Positions 25,117 to 40,500 of a stretch of DNA of 64,000 nt are shown here, one piece after another. The notes under the pieces were generated by a model, which did not search any database, was not told the DNA's origin, and saw only the letters and a list, made by a program, of their open reading frames with translations. Every line of letters begins with the position of its first letter. The first letter of the stretch is position 1. Position numbers and translations under genes: made by a program. Origin of the DNA: Hamiltosporidium tvaerminnensis FI-OER-3-3 (Eukaryota > Fungi > Microsporidia); assembly GCA_022605425.2 (NCBI GenBank), contig CM061254.1:124001-188000 (forward strand). Direction: 5' to 3'.

Positions 25117-25479
25117 AAATAATTTAATAATCTTTAATTAAGTTAGATGAGAAACAATTTATACATATTTGAACGGAGGAGTTTAGACGATAAGATAACG
25201 CCGTAATAAATTCAGAGGGGTACTTTGATAGCAAAACATACCAGTGGGTTTAATGGAATGTAATAAAAATTAGTTTGAAAGTTTTTAGTTAATTCATGTA
25301 AAGTTTTCTAAATAATAAAGCACAAATAGGGTAAAAATGTCTTTTCCATACGTCAGTAAGTTTGTGAGCTAAAAAACATTTTTTTTAATTAATATATTCG
25401 TTTATAATCAGTTGGCAAATATTTGTCTTTTTTCATGAAGATATTCATTTCATATCACTGCTGCATTATGAGGATAGAG

Positions 25480-25950
25480 TCTCGTGCTATATGTCGAATT
25501 CAATGTTTAATATTTTAATAAGAGCCTTTTCCTTGTTGTAATCTTCAATTTTTTTTAGAATTTTGAATATAAAGCAGAAGATTAATGAAAAGACCAGCTG
25601 GTTAAATATTGGTGTTGTTAAAACCAAAATATGAAAAGCTGGTTCGAATTTTTTTTATTCTAGGGTTTATGTTATTTCGAATTTTTTTGAGCGTTAAAAT
25701 TTTTCGGAATAATATAATGGCCATCGATTAAAACTTAGTTGCATGTTTTTCTACTTCGTTCTTTTCCCTACAGATGGAACACAATTCACGAATAGATTAA
25801 AGCCACCAAAGTTGCGCGTTCCAGAAACATTTTTCTTTTGATTGATTTGGCTGTCCGTGCAGCCAAACTTTCTTGCTAAAGATAATGAGTGCACTGACCG
25901 GGGTGGGCACCTGGCTTTTCAGAAGCAAATTTCATAAATTCTAATTCTAG
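25480..25950 (-). mobile_element. Possible decayed hAT-type transposase fragment
   Basis: VHSLSLA resembles the hAT CxAHxLNL motif and is followed at plausible distance by NRW; frames are broken. Confidence 0.25.
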
Positions 25951-28699
25951 ACTAATGGCTTTCGTTGAACGTTTAAGAAAAAAATTTATTTTCTCAGGAA
26001 ATTAAACATGAGTAAGAAATGTTAAAATTTCACTTCCACTTTAGAGTTTAATTTGTTTAAATCACTCTAGCAATACAAAAATTAAGAAAAGTTTGGAAAC
26101 TTATTTTAATTTTCATGCCTTATTCTTTCTGCGCTAAATAATAAATTTTTGCTTTTTAAAGGTATAAATAGTTTTATTCATAAAAATTATCTTTTCGGTT
26201 TTCTTCCAAACAAGATTAAAATATTTATCAATTTTGTTTAATTTTCATACAATATACTATCGAATAATTTCAAGAAATTATGAGGTAAAGGAAACTTTCA
26301 TATGTGATACATTTTTTTCAACCAGTTTGATCTTTCTTTTTGGTTTCAAATCCGAATTTTCATATATGTTTATGGTCGGGTTCTTTAATAATACCAACGT
26401 GGTCTAAAATATGAATTAAAATTATATTTTTAATACTTCTAAAGTGAAGCGCAAATAAGCTCATTTAAAATAGTTTTTTTTTCCATATGGCGGTAAAAGT
26501 GATGTGAAATTATTTTTAGATTTCTAAAGAAGCGAAATAAAAATAATATTATTTTTTCTATAAGATTTTGAAATAGAGAAGAAAGTCCATAATATAGATA
26601 AAATTTTTCTCATATTTCTATGTTATTATAAATTTAACTATATATCAACCAGGCTGAAATTATAGGATAATTTCCATTTACAACCAACAAAAGTAGTTTG
26701 CTCAGTGGTGTGTGAATACGTTGCATCTGTGAGACATGAACAATATATTCTTAATGAAGCCTGATATAAGCTTTAGGTCATATTTTTGATATAAATTGTA
26801 ACCCTTTTTATACCCTGTGTAAGCAATAAAGAAATATATTAGTAGATGTTTATTTTTTTTGGGCAATGGAGAAAAAGCGGAAATCTAATTTGTATTATAA
26901 GGCTATCAAAACTAGCTCAGTTCCTGATGCACTAACAAAAGAATGAATATTGACGAACACTGAATACGGATTGTGCTATAAAATGAGTTCTAAATACTAA
27001 ATGAGGAAAATATTTGAGTATATATATTGAGGAAACCTAGGATGTTAGGAGTGCAGTTCTCTATGTTACAAAATAACGCTTTAAATCCAGTAATAAAATA
27101 TTGCATATGACATTTTTGTAAAAAAATATGGTAATCACATTTATAAAACATTTAATGAATATATATTTTTCATTTTGCGCTCATCTTCAAGTAAGATTGT
27201 TTCAGTATGAATTCGCGCATGAAAAGAACCCAACAGTGGCTTTCTTAACACACATCGGAATCTATACGTTACCTAAGCTATATTTTTAGATGTTTTATAT
27301 TATCTCGATGTTTTATTAGATGCATTCTAGTGAGTTATACTCCTGCATTAATAGTATTTGTAATCTTTTTAGAACACTGAATATCATTTTTTCAATAACG
27401 TTCGATAGAATTTATTAAATAATGTTTCCACCGATAATTTATAAATAAGGCATAATTAGTTGTTGATAGCGCACGTCTTTAATTTTATCTGCCTAAAAGT
27501 GTTAAATATATCCCAAGATGTGATTCGCTGTCTCATTAGCGTTTTTATATATTTACTTATAACAAAAAATTGAGTATATATTCACAAAGTTAGAAATCAA
27601 TCATTCTAATGTTTCTTCTTCGATCCGAGGTAATAGTTCATGAGATATTTTTAATTCTTGAACAATTGTTTTCCAGACCATTTTCTGTATTCTATAGGTA
27701 GAACTAAACATAAAAAGTTCATAATTTAAACGAAGAATCTAGTCACATCATATGCGAGAATTGCTTTTTTGAGTTACAAAAGGCTAAATCTTTACCGAAA
27801 TTGATACAGGGGTCGAAACGCGACTTTTGCACTTCCTAACACTTCTAGTCTTAGTGCATGGAATGCTGCCACACTATCTGCCTTACTTTCTATGTCTGTA
27901 GTCTTCTCGAAGAATCAATCAAACCCGCAAGCTCATGCCTTGTAATATCAGTAACATTATTTGTGTTTTTTTGGTTTAAATTTCGTTATATAAATTTTCG
28001 TTTTGATTATATTCTAATATTTTTCTATTGACTTAATTCATAGTTATAAATTGCTGCAATAAAATTTAGAATCTTCAAAAAAGAGGCCCTATATTCTTAC
28101 TATAAGGATTGCACCTCCCCTGGTGTACCTATCTTTACCTTTTTAACACACTTCTAAAGAACTAAGAGTCATATACATTTTTATCGACTTAAATCATCCA
28201 TTTCTCTTTTAAGATTTTTTGGGAACTATAGCATTTTTTAAATCATGTTATAAAGCCTCCATTTGTTTACTAACATCTATAAACACTGTATTCAGATTAT
28301 AGAATCACCAAGCTCACGCCATAGCGCTCTTATACGATAGAGATACAAAATTTTGCATATTTAACAATCCCATAATTTATTTAGGCATTTAATATAAATC
28401 ACAACGCCCTAACTCCTAATTTAAATTTATCCGGGCATCTTTTAACGACATAAATATAGTGTATCTGTTGTTCTTCTATAGATAACGAATATTTTTGGAT
28501 TAAATCTTTTAGAAGAGTAGTTATATTTACCAGACCTCGATGTAGCATACTTGCCTATTTACTTCCTAATCTAATATTGTTTAAATGGTTTATATTCAAT
28601 AGTTTAGATCAATCTTCGATGTTTCTACATCAGAAGCGTAAAGGCACCAACGACTACGAGAAATCGGAATAGTAAAAAACCGCATCATTATGTATTTTT

Positions 28700-29870
28700 C
28701 TTTTAAACTTTTTATTGAGTATGCAGCCCAACAAATTTATGATCAAAACAAAGAGATAATTTTCTAACTATATCTTGTTAAAATTTGCATCTTTTAATCT
28801 GGGTGATTCAAGATTTTTCGACATTCCACTAAATTAAAATTTTAGGTTATAGGTTTTACCACCCAAATAATGAGATATAAGCAGCAATATAGAGTTTTTA
28901 GATGCATTCAAGCCATTAAATATACTATATGAATACAGAAGCATTGTTCGGTAAATCAACTGATTATTGCAATTCTTCCATCCATTTTATTTCTATGACT
29001 CGTTTGAGAGCACCTGTGCTTTTACTCTGCAAAACCTTACCGCTCTTAATATATATTTGCTAGCAACCCTGCCAAAAAATCAAATAATTGTTCGATGTTA
29101 AATATTTTTCCTTTTAATTTCTCGTTTTATAGTACCTTATTGCTTTATAAACTTTTTAATACGAGCCATTTTCTATATTCAGACTTAAATTTTAAAATTT
29201 TGCAATAAAAAATAAGTCCTGGCTATTAAGATGCATTATTTTTAGAAAAAGACTATAAAGACTTTTTATATCCTCAATAGTTAATTAGTTTTCATCAAAA
29301 TTTACGACAATTTAAGAAACAAATATGGAAAGTGAAACGAGGCCATAATGAAACAACTGAATTTACCAGTTTTTGTTTGAAAGGTATATTAAAGATGAAA
29401 ATACAGAATATCAAAGAAATAGGAAAGTATTGCTTGTGAAAGATTTAATCCCAAATTGATGCATATGCAATACCGATAGAGGAGAATCTTTTTTTTGCTT
29501 TTTATAAAGAGGAAACGTAATATCAGAAGAAATCTAATTGTGAATGTTTTTAGTTATTATTCTAGTCTATATTTTGGCGAAGTAAATATATTTAAAAAAC
29601 TTCTGTAAGATATTACGTAATAGAAACTAAAAAATGTATTTTTTGGTCGAAGTTTGTTTTGAACAGCCAGAAAGAGAAATAAATGAAGGTTTCATAAGAA
29701 ATTACAACATCTTTTGTTAAATATACAATATTTAGTTTAAATTGTGGGTTTGTATGAATATAATGTGCAAAAAAATGGCTTATAACACCAAAGTTAATTG
29801 AATCTTAGCAGCAGACATATTTCTCATAATTATGATTCTAAAAACCTGGCAAAATGTTAATCGGAATACT
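28700..29870 (+). mobile_element. Decayed, internally deleted R4/Dong-like element convergent with LRR copy A
   Basis: YAAQQIYDQ (~AAQxCYD N-terminal motif) near 28720; weak CFLxxxNV-type motif near 29500; colinear with 58300-59450 (-). Confidence 0.4.
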
Positions 29871-29959
29871 ATAAATGTAAAAAGAACATAAAAAAGCCCA
29901 AAAAAATTATAAGGAACAAATTAAACTTAAAATGGATTTTATTATTTAGATTAATAGAT

Positions 29960-32645
29960 TTATCGAACAATTACAGTAATATTATAGATTATCAAGTCTT
30001 CTAATCTTCTTTTATTATCAGCAGAAATCTTTGAATTTATTAAAACAATATGATTCAGGTGCTTTAACGATGAAGTAATTGAAATTGAAGAAAAATCGAT
30101 TTCGAAAGTGCAATCTTTGAAATGAAGATGGGTTAATAAATATTGTTGATTTATGAATTGGAATATTTCGTAAGTGATAACTGTTTTTGTTAGAATCAAT
30201 GTATTTAGTTTTGTAAAACACATTAGATCGTTCTCTTTAGGAGAATTTCTAAAAATTGAATTTTCCAAAGTAATAGAGAGATATTTAAGATTCTTAATCT
30301 GACTTAACAAATAAAAATCATAGATATCCAACGAATTTTCCGGGATTTTCAATCTTTCTAATGATGAAAATAGAGATTTTTGAAGAATATATCTTATCAA
30401 ACCTTCTTTAAGATTACACCTAGAAAGTCTTAATTCTTTAAGAAATTCAAATCGATTTAAGAATACCATATTTTCTTGTATAAGTTTAGAATCAGATAAA
30501 TCAATTACATACAGATTTTTCTCAAAGGAATATTCTTGATTCAAATACTTGAACTCAACATAAGATGGTAAGCTACAAAGTTTTAAAGTTTCCAAAACTT
30601 TAAACTTTCTTAAACATGCAATGGCATTAAAATCAAGACAGCTTTTACTTAAATCCAGTATTTTTGTGGATATGTGTAAAGAATTTAGATCTAGCATTTT
30701 TTGGTAGATTTTCTGAATTTAAATCTCGCAGAGACAAGCTTGTAGCTTTAAAGTTACTCGAATAAAAATTCATGAAATTTTTGTTTAAAAAACACCCAGA
30801 AATGTCTAATGAACTATAATTTCTTTGCAACAATGAAAAATATTTTGTTCTGTTGAGCCTTAAAAAATCTACATTTTTCATGCTCAAAAATTCCAACGCA
30901 TTGGATTTAACTAAAAAATTTATTACTTTATAGCCCAAACGAGAATTATCTAGTTTTAAATCACACAATGTATAAATTCCATCATATAATTCCAAATCTC
31001 TATTATACTTCCCGTCAAATGTAGACCATTACAAATCTAGATATTCTATTTTCAGATTTCTCAAAGATTTGAAAAACGCTGCTGTCAAAACAAGAGTATT
31101 TACTTTAAGTGTTTTCAATTTTGGAAAGCAAAAATTCAGATGGCATAAAAATTTACTATAAGCAGGTAATTTGCAGGTATAAAGAATCAGGGATTCGATT
31201 TTGCACAATATTTTTATAAAATTTAGAAAATCTTCAGATATGTTCACCCGCTCTAGTTCTAAAAATTTTATTTCATTATTCTTTTGCGAAATGATTGATT
31301 CAAAGACATGTGAATTGCAAAGGTCAAAATCTGAATCTATTACTTTTAGTGCTACATTTTCATATTTACAAGCTTTAACTTTTTCTTTAAATTCTGAATT
31401 ATATATATTATCATTAGAAATTTTAATACCTATAATCTTAAATAAGGAGATGAGCCAATAAAATAATCTAAGTTCATCGTCAGATTCTGTTTTTAAAATA
31501 TTGATTACTTCTGGGGTAGTTCGTATGTAAATTTCATCGATATTCTTTTTATCGAATAAATAGAAGTTAATTTGACTTTCCCTTTTCGAAAAAGATAATA
31601 TATTAGTATTTTTATCAAATCTTACATCGACATACTCAAAAAAGGTATGTAGAAAAGGTAAGAACAATGATTTTTGAATCAAAAATTTATTTTCAAGCGT
31701 TACAGTGTCTATGTTACTCGAAATATCGTTCTTGTAGATGATTAAACATGGAATTAGATGATTATATACTTTACATATTACATTCGATTCTGCGTAACAA
31801 AGCAAATCATAAAAAAGCTCTAAAAGAGTGATAAAACCATCGAATTTGATTTCTAAACACTTTTTATGATAACCGAAACGTATAATAAAAAGAAAAATTT
31901 CAAATGTTGTAATATCAACATTGGTTTTTGTGAATTCAGTAACATTATATTTTACATGATTCAATTCAGAAGCAATATATTTGTCAAAATATTTTGATTG
32001 AATTAGAAATTTATTGGAATAATCGAATGTTATACTAGTATTCGTTTTTACTATCCATTCGCTGTTTTCAAATTCAATCAAATCAGAGATCTTTCGTTTT
32101 TTATTTGAGTATTGCTCTATCGGTTTCATTTCTTCACTGCCAGATATACTTTCCTCATTATTTTGACAATGATTTGGTGAATCGCACAGGGCATCTGTTA
32201 TTATGTTTGACTTAAGTAAAATCAAATCGTGCCTTCTTTTTTTGCTTGAAATCTCGCTATCATTGGGGTTTGTTACGGAAGCAATTATCAGATCTGTTTC
32301 ATGTAGAAGAGTTGTAAGCGCAGGTGTATCCTCTGATACGTCCTGAAAATTTAATTTCGGCTGTATCTTTGACGCTCTTTTATCAGACGGACGAGCTTCA
32401 CAGAAAATATCTAAATTATCAAAGGTTTTATTGCAATTTACAGTAGAATTTTCGACTTCATTTAAAAAAGAAATTTCGATTTGCAAGCATGCACTTTCAT
32501 TCAACAAAAGTAAATGCAACAAAAATATCGGAAATATATCAAAGATGTTGAAGATGATCGATCTAGTAATACTCGTAACTTTTTTATGAATTACTTCCTT
32601 TTTATAAAACTTACAATAAATATTATCATCATTGATTTTATCCAT
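29960..32645 (-). pseudogene. LRR gene copy A, disabled paralogue of 55527..58208
   Basis: The three ORFs join into one gene: TCA>TAA nonsense at 31029-31031 and a +1 C frameshift at 30703-30704 relative to copy B; one extra Ser codon (LPSYVEF vs LPYVEF). Confidence 0.92.
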
Positions 32646-32999
32646 AAAATAATTTTTTTATTGTAATTTATATATTTAATAAAGAGATAAAAAGGTTATA
32701 AATTAAATTATTCAATAAGTTTACTTCAATAAAATTTTAAATTTAGGATTTTTATTAATTTTTATAATCTAAAATATAGTAATTTACTATATATAAAACC
32801 TGTTTATTGTAATAATTTCTCTTTGCACATTTTTGCAGTAAATAAAAATTATCCCATATTGGGTTATTTTCTATCTCGGTTTTGTTAACTCAGTTCTGCT
32901 TGATACTCGCTTAATTTGACTTTTTTATAGATCTACCACTTTTTTTATATTTAGAGTCGAGGCTCTAACCTTGCTGAATTTATTTAGATAGCGCTGTTT

Positions 33000-35800
33000 C
33001 TTATTTTTGAAATCGTGATTAGCACGTTTTCCCTCATTGGCGTCTATGTGGAGTAAAGGTTTGGGTATATCTCTCGGATTCTAATAGAACATCTATTGTT
33101 TTTTTCAGCTTGTATCGAAATCGGTTTTGACCAGAAGCCTCTTGGCCGATTAGAAAATAGTTTCGATAGTTTTTCTAGTCCCATATAGTAGCTTAGATAT
33201 TCTAGAATTATTTTTATTGAAAATATTCAGAGTCTATTTTATGATTTTAATTTATAATAAGTGTTAATGTAAGCACATATAAGATTATAACTACATTATA
33301 CTTACATACAAAAGTCAAATTTTTTTTCCAAACAGTCGAATTTTCTTTTTATATGTTTGAGAAATTCGAAAAGGTTTAATGAAATAATTCGGCCTAGTTA
33401 GTGTTCCTATCTAATTTCTTTGCTAAAAAATTATGAGGCATTTTTAAATTCCCAGATCGCCTTTGTGTAAATCACCCACGTTATTCGAAACATTTTCAAA
33501 AAAGACTTGATCCGAGCATTTACTAATTTATTTATAGACATTTAGGTGTGTTTATCGTGATTTACGTGACGTGAAGGCATCGAGTTAATTAAGAAATTCA
33601 TCTAGTTTGTTCAAGGATATTTTTAAACTTGCTTCTAAATTATACCTAGCCTTACCAGATGGACAAAAATTTTTTAAATATTCTATAATTTCAAGGCATA
33701 AATTTCTATTTGGAACACCCGTGGATCGCATTGTAACGTGATGATATTTACATTCTTAAGCAATTCTGAAGATAATTGAGACGTAACAACTCATTATTTC
33801 TAGCATAATATAACTTTGAATGAAATTTTTTGCTCTGAATTGTTTCATTCGTCGTGTTTTTCAAGAACAGTCTTTCGTAATGCTTTTTTTAGATCTATAT
33901 TTTATTGGTACAAGATTTTTTTATATTATCACATATATGAGTTATATTCTTCTAGTGGTTGTTTATGTTTATTTTCTAAAAAATTCAAGAATATGGAAAC
34001 ATACTTTCGCTTTACTTTGATTCTATAAAAGACCATCTTTGTTTCATTAAGGCCGTTTCAGGTTTATATTACACTTTGGCATAAGAACCGCCTGATTTAT
34101 AATAGCAGAAGGGCTTGTATTCTATAACCGATAAAATCTGCATTTAAAATCGAAAACATAACAAAATATATGGTTTAACGTAATGCAGCAAATTTTAGAT
34201 ACGAAATAAATTTATTTTATATAATTAGGAAAGAAAGGTTTTAAACAGTTATTAGTCTTCATAGTTAACTTTAAATGACTTCTGCTTAAATTTTCTTAAA
34301 TATTATCTATTATTACTTTCTAACTTAACATAAATTCTTTAAAAAAAAAGCAGAAGTCTGTTCACAACACATTTCCCCAGCTGTGATTTCGCTTTATTAA
34401 TCTCTCGACATATTTCTCGTGTATTTTTATTTGTATCGAAGCTAAAGAAGCTTAATATCATAAATTTAAAAGAATTTTTGGCTATATGAAGTCTAAAATC
34501 TTCATATCGGCCAACTTTGTACATTTACAATGTTGTTTTTAACACAACTGATCGATGCATAACACAAAAAAACAAAAAGGAATGCCATCTCTCTTTATAA
34601 TCTTTTATTTTATCTTTTACGCTTGTTTCTTTAGGACATACCAATAGGAATATCTCACGTTCTTTTTTAGCCCGTAAAAATTTTCCGATACAATCGAAAT
34701 AATTTGATCCTCTTAAAAGCCCTCAATTTCCATGCTAACCTAAAAATTTATTTTTATGTGTATATTATTTTGCAGTCTTTTTTCCTTCCCTCTACCCTGA
34801 AAAACTTTTAAGGCTCTCTTTGTGCCTCTTGAAAACTTCGTAGCACACTTAACAGTGTTTCAGCTTGAATTCTTGCCTGCCAACTTGAAATTACTAATTT
34901 AAACTAACAATTTTTTGTTATATTAAAAATGTTTGTTCTATTGTAGTATCTTTAGTCAAATATTCGCATGTAGACCTCTGGATATTAGATATGTAATCAC
35001 ACATTTAAACCTGTCTGCTTGATGCTCTGTTTCTAGCATTTGTATTTCATAATATAAAAAAGTATAGTTAAAGAAAATTCGTAAATTTTTATATTCAAAT
35101 TACGGATACCAATAATTCCTGTGGATTTTCGGTTAGAAAGCTAATAAAACAGATAAATTCATGAAGCAAAATTTATGGTAAGCGAAACCGATGCAGAAAT
35201 AATGAAAAGTTATTTGGCGTAATATCAACACCCCCTTTCCAATAAGCAGCATGTTCACATTTTTATTAGACAAATCATATAATCGAATCTACAAATTTCT
35301 ATACTTTGCGATGTTAAGACCCTAAAGCAACTCGAAATTTTGTCTTTTTTAAGCTTGGTTCTTACATATATCGAGGTTTTCATAAGCATTTAATATTTAA
35401 TCTACTTAGTTTGAGCCAAGAAATATATCTATACTGTTTAAGTTTTAATAAAATTCTCGCATGTAATTTTAAGTGATTCGTGAAGCAAAGAGTTTTAATA
35501 AGCGATATTTCGTCTAGACATTCGCTTCAAAACTTTTGTCACAGGACCCTCACTCTCTATGTCTTACTTTCGGTAGGATTTGGCTTTTCATTGCGTGTTA
35601 TCTGGTCATAGAATGCCTGCGCAGCCATGATCTTAAGTGCAGCCTCGAAAATCATTATCAGCATATAGAATTACCATATTCACACTTTATTTTATTGCTG
35701 CAATTCAGAGTTCTCATCGTTAATTTACCTTGTAAAAACCTGAGTTTTAACAACTACTTCTCCTTGTTCCTTCTTCAAGAGATTCATACTTTTATATAGG
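33000..35800 (-). mobile_element. Highly decayed R4/Dong-like element upstream of LRR copy A
   Basis: AAQAFYDQITR motif near 35600; patchy colinearity with 52400-55100 (+). Confidence 0.45.
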
Positions 35801-37149
35801 TATAAAAATAACGTGTCAATAATGCACGCAATGCCGATAAATGACAACTCATCAGAAAACGTGATAAATTTACTCATCTTACATTAATTTTTATATATTT
35901 TACAGTTCGGTTATCATTTGCCAAATTTTTAATCTCTATGGGGACAGTTTAACCAAGGTTCATATTATAGTATGAGGGACTTACAGACCATTCTATTCTA
36001 GTTTTTTCTAAAGTAAATTTGTACGGCTATACACAAGAAGCTGTCTTTACTTTCGTCTTTTACAGGCAATAATATCAAACAACAATATTTCAGTTAATTA
36101 CCTTTCGAAGAGGCTGCATTTTTGAGATTCCTCATATTATTATCAGTCTAATATATGAATCATCATTGCAAAGGATCGGGATATGTGTCAAGGAGGAAAA
36201 TAAAGCTACTTTTACAGATATTGGTAGGTATTTTATAATTGTTATATTTAGGTTAAATTATTTTTTGGCTCACCGATATTTTTAGACGATTTAAAACAAG
36301 ACATTTAAGCTCTTATAAACTATTTTCCGTGATGTTAAAGCCTTTTTTTTCAAGATTATATTTTAGCTTTTCCCTTTTAATTCTACTCGTATTCTTCTAT
36401 TGAGACTAAGATAATTTTATATTTCACTTTTTTTAGAATTTATTGATTTTAAATATCCATAAATCTATCATAAAAATAGAAAAACACTTAAGAGATTGCA
36501 ATAAAATTTAAACCTAGATCTATCACAAAAGAGATATGATATTAGGAATCTCTAGACATAACCAATATCTTTCTAGTATTTCGTATTTATTTTAAGGAAT
36601 TAAGTAAGAATATTGAAAAAAAATCTGGCCACATGCATTTTGCCAATTTAGTCTATAATTAATAAAAATTAGGCAATAAAATCGAATATAGACTCATACT
36701 CCTGTACAGCCTTTTTTTTAATATGATATAATATTATAGTACTTATTTTTTGAAAGAATTCTTCCAATAATTGGATATAAAATCATATTTTTGTATTATA
36801 GAGTAAGATTTCTTTATATCTTTTAAAATATTAAAATAAAAGCATATATTTGAATTTTAAGTTGCAAAATAAGGCTTTTCAAAATTTTATTTCACTATAT
36901 TACATATAAATACAATAATCAATAGATGAAACAATAATAAAAGTATGAAATGTGAGAAAAATTGATTATATTTTTTGGAGAAAAAAAATCAAATGTAATC
37001 TTTCAAACAACTAAATAAATTAATTTTTCTTTTTAAATATTTTTGTTAGAAAAAAGTAATCTGTGAAATAAACTAATAATACGAAAAATAAAATTGATAT
37101 GTAATAGCAAAAGATTTATTTAATAAATTTCTAGGTTGAAATATTTTAT

Positions 37150-40100
37150 CACGGTTTTATATATTTTCTTCCGCCTTTACACATCTCTATATTATTTTCT
37201 TCTTAATCCGACTCTTCGTTTTTATTTATTGTCGGTTACTTCACTCAGTGCCTCCATCTGAAAACAGAGATGTATTATTTTTATTTTAAAATATTTAACA
37301 CTGCATACTTCATATATTGCATTTTTTAATTGAGATGTTAGTTATTCGTTTATCTCTGCTCTTCCAATGATACTTATTGCCGCTCTTTTCCAGTACTTCG
37401 GTAATTGGTCTCGAATCAAGTTTTCTTTCTCGATTAAAGCAAAGCTGTTAGAGCGTCTTCTTGGGTACTATTGATTAAATCTTTGTTCGTACTTTCATAG
37501 GCATTTGCTGTTTTTGAGTATGATTTATGCTATTTTGTTATAATAACATCCCAGGTCGTAACACAAGGGGTGATATCAACACTAATTTTATATATAAGAC
37601 CTAAATTATTGGATAAAAAGCCATATTCCTAAGTTTTGCAGTTCCAACTATTTCTGCTGTGCATTTTGTAATGTAATTCCTACTCATTGTGTGCTATATT
37701 CTTTTTATTCTTATCTAAAAAATATGTGTAGGGTTCATTCTTTCGGATTTTAACATGGGTTTTATTCTGGTGTAAACGCTTATTTCAACTGCTCGTCCTT
37801 AAGAACTTCTTGAACTGAGTAACTTCTAATTCGTTAAGAAGACTTAAATGAATATTTCTATAGAAGAAGAAGTATGGTGTGCAACCCCTTTATTATGCCT
37901 CTTGGTGTAGTAATGACTGAGCATCTTCCCACATCGTTTAGTCCAATTTATTACTGTTTACTAGATTTATGAACGTGTTTGCCCATACATTTTGCTCCTC
38001 AAATACATTTCTATCCTAGATATAGCAGAAAAATGCTTCATAGTGTGGCTCGATATTCTCTTTTAAAGCCATCATGTTTAATAACTTACACTTACGAGGC
38101 CATTTTTCTTGCTATATATAACTTTAAGGGGGGTTTTCGTTTTTTCATTTTGTTATATAATTTACAAACTGAGCTTTCTTCTAAATTTTTCTTGGTAAAT
38201 TCTTCTTCCAATAAATATTTTACCTATATGAGGCTTTTTATTGGTTCAAGAAGTGATTTATTAGTATTCTCCACCTCGTAGATGTTGTTTTTCGAGTTGT
38301 TATTTCTTTGCTTGGCTTCGAACGTCTAAGTTTATAGAAACATATTTGCATTTTGAAATGAAACACTATATAGCTTCTTACGATTTCGATTTTGGGAAAC
38401 AACAAACGGTATTTAGATATTAGGCAAATATTGATATTGTTTTTTCAAAAAAAGTCCCGCGCATTACACCACCTAACCCAAAGAATTCAGCCTGTCAAGT
38501 TGAACTACTCCTCATTGATAGTTGATAAACGATATCGCATAATGATTAATTTAAGAAAAAAAATTGCGTTAAATCTAGTGGAAAAGTCTTCCGACGCTTA
38601 ATATCGGTTTGCTTCTTACTTAATCAAATGAGAATTGGTTCAAACACCCTGTTATTCTCTATTCCTACCAAATTCTCATAAAAACTAACATTTTCTCACG
38701 TAGAATATCTTAGTTACAATTTATAATGTGCCTAATTCTACTTTTATTTACAATCAAAATGCCCTTTAAAGTTCTTGCATTGGTTATCTATAGCTAAATG
38801 TATAGCTATATATATCAAGAAGCTTAAGATCATAAAATGTGCAAGCGATTATTGGTGAATGAAGGCTAAAATAATGGGTTTTTCGCTTTTGTGTATTTCT
38901 CATTGAGTCTCGGCACAAAGAATCTTACACATAAAAAAAGCAAATGTGAGAAAATATAGCTTGAAATGTCCTCTCTTTATCGTCTTGCTCTAGGTTTTTT
39001 TAGTCTTTATTAAAAGACGATTTTTTATTTTTATATTATCACCTTAGAAACTCTATAATAGAACCAGTAAAATGCCTTCTTTTAGTGCGTCGAGTCAATT
39101 ATTCATGGCTGCTGAGTCTATGGTTTATAACACCAACCAACGGCCTTTTGTATTATATTCTATACACTCTGTTATGAGAAATTTCAGTACAGCTTGCACT
39201 CTTGCTTCTTGTGTATTTCTAACGCTCCAATTGGTTCTATGCAAACTCCCGAGCTTTTCTAATTAAATTTAAACGACTTTTGTTATACCTTGTCGTATAC
39301 CTTTAGATTTTAAACATTCGGGTGATTAAGCTGCCACCAGTGCTTCGTCGCCAATTCTTTTCGTTATCAAATACTTAAGCCACTATAAAACCATAAGCCG
39401 AGGTGTCTTTCGAAACATACAACGCTTTCAATAATATAAATATGTTTGTCAAAGGTTGTTGGTTCCAGATAAAGAATTTATAAACAGTATCAATTCTAGC
39501 AGCCTTCAAATCCAAATGCCAATTAGTGATGCTAACGACTCATTATGTAAAGAGGGATAATCGGAAGATTTTCAGCTATAAATGCAATTAAATAATCATC
39601 AATGACTATTGCATCATTATTTTTCTAACTTATAGACTAAAAACCTACAATTCTCTCGCGGATAACCACATATTTGCAAAAACACAATTAATCGACCTTG
39701 AACAAATTTAACATACGATTTTTCTTTTTTTCATGGATTTTACTTATATAAATCTCAAGTTTTTCAAAATAAATATTCCAGACCCATTATTCTCAACCAA
39801 ATTCACGAACGAAACTTTATAATTAAGTTTAAATAACCTCTTTGTAAGGTTTTTTTCGCGATTCTTGCTTCAAAAAATAAGGCTTTTCATGTGAGTAAGG
39901 CGTCTCTGTAAAATATTTAGGCAATACTTACCTAATAATTACATCTTAATGTATTCTTTCTTAACAAATTTTAGGTTCACTTTATGTGCTACCTCGTCAT
40001 AGCATACCTGCGCGGCTTAAATACTATGCACGCGTTCGTAATCGATTCAAAGACACCTGTTCCGTTATTTTCACCAATTAGTCGATTTATAAGGTCCTAA

Positions 40101-40500
40101 ACCCTACTATCGACCAAGCCTTATGGATTTTATGGTTCTAACTATTACTTTCCTAATTTTCTTAAATAGAATATCTTTGATTATATTCAGAAGTGTACGT
40201 CTCGGGTTGCTTTATTCCTTTGTGTCGAACAGGGAATATAGATCAATGATACAAGCGACATTCCACGCCGCACACATCTTCTGTATTTAATCTCTTCCCA
40301 CTTCATTTTTTGCCAACCTTTTTAATACATTGAGGGATACACCGGACGCCCTTTTCTCATTATAGTATCAGTGGAACTCGTTACTGTCAATTTGAGGCCT
40401 CCTTTTAAAGCTTGTCTGTACTAGAAAAAAAATAATCCGAGGTCGTTCCTTCGAATCGGTTGTTACAGATTGAAGTATTGTCTGCAGTACTATTGACTGT
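37150..40500 (-). mobile_element. Near full-length but decayed R4/Dong-like non-LTR retrotransposon (RT + Cys/His motif + RLE)
   Basis: Ordered motifs across frameshifts: AAQVCYD, LKAARIDTVYKFF, NQL..VRNTQEARVQA, KTIKRG, RLNEKYTK, DLKLL, EAFFCYI*DRNVF, CGKMLSHYYTKRHN, RIRSYSVQEVL, LGLIYKISVDITPCVTTWD. Confidence 0.8.

Noticed and set aside
27600-28350. Possible APE/RT LINE remnant on the minus strand (KDRYTRGGAILIV; ID-FEK)
   Set aside because: Motifs are too short and their spacing is inconsistent with a real APE-RT ORF.
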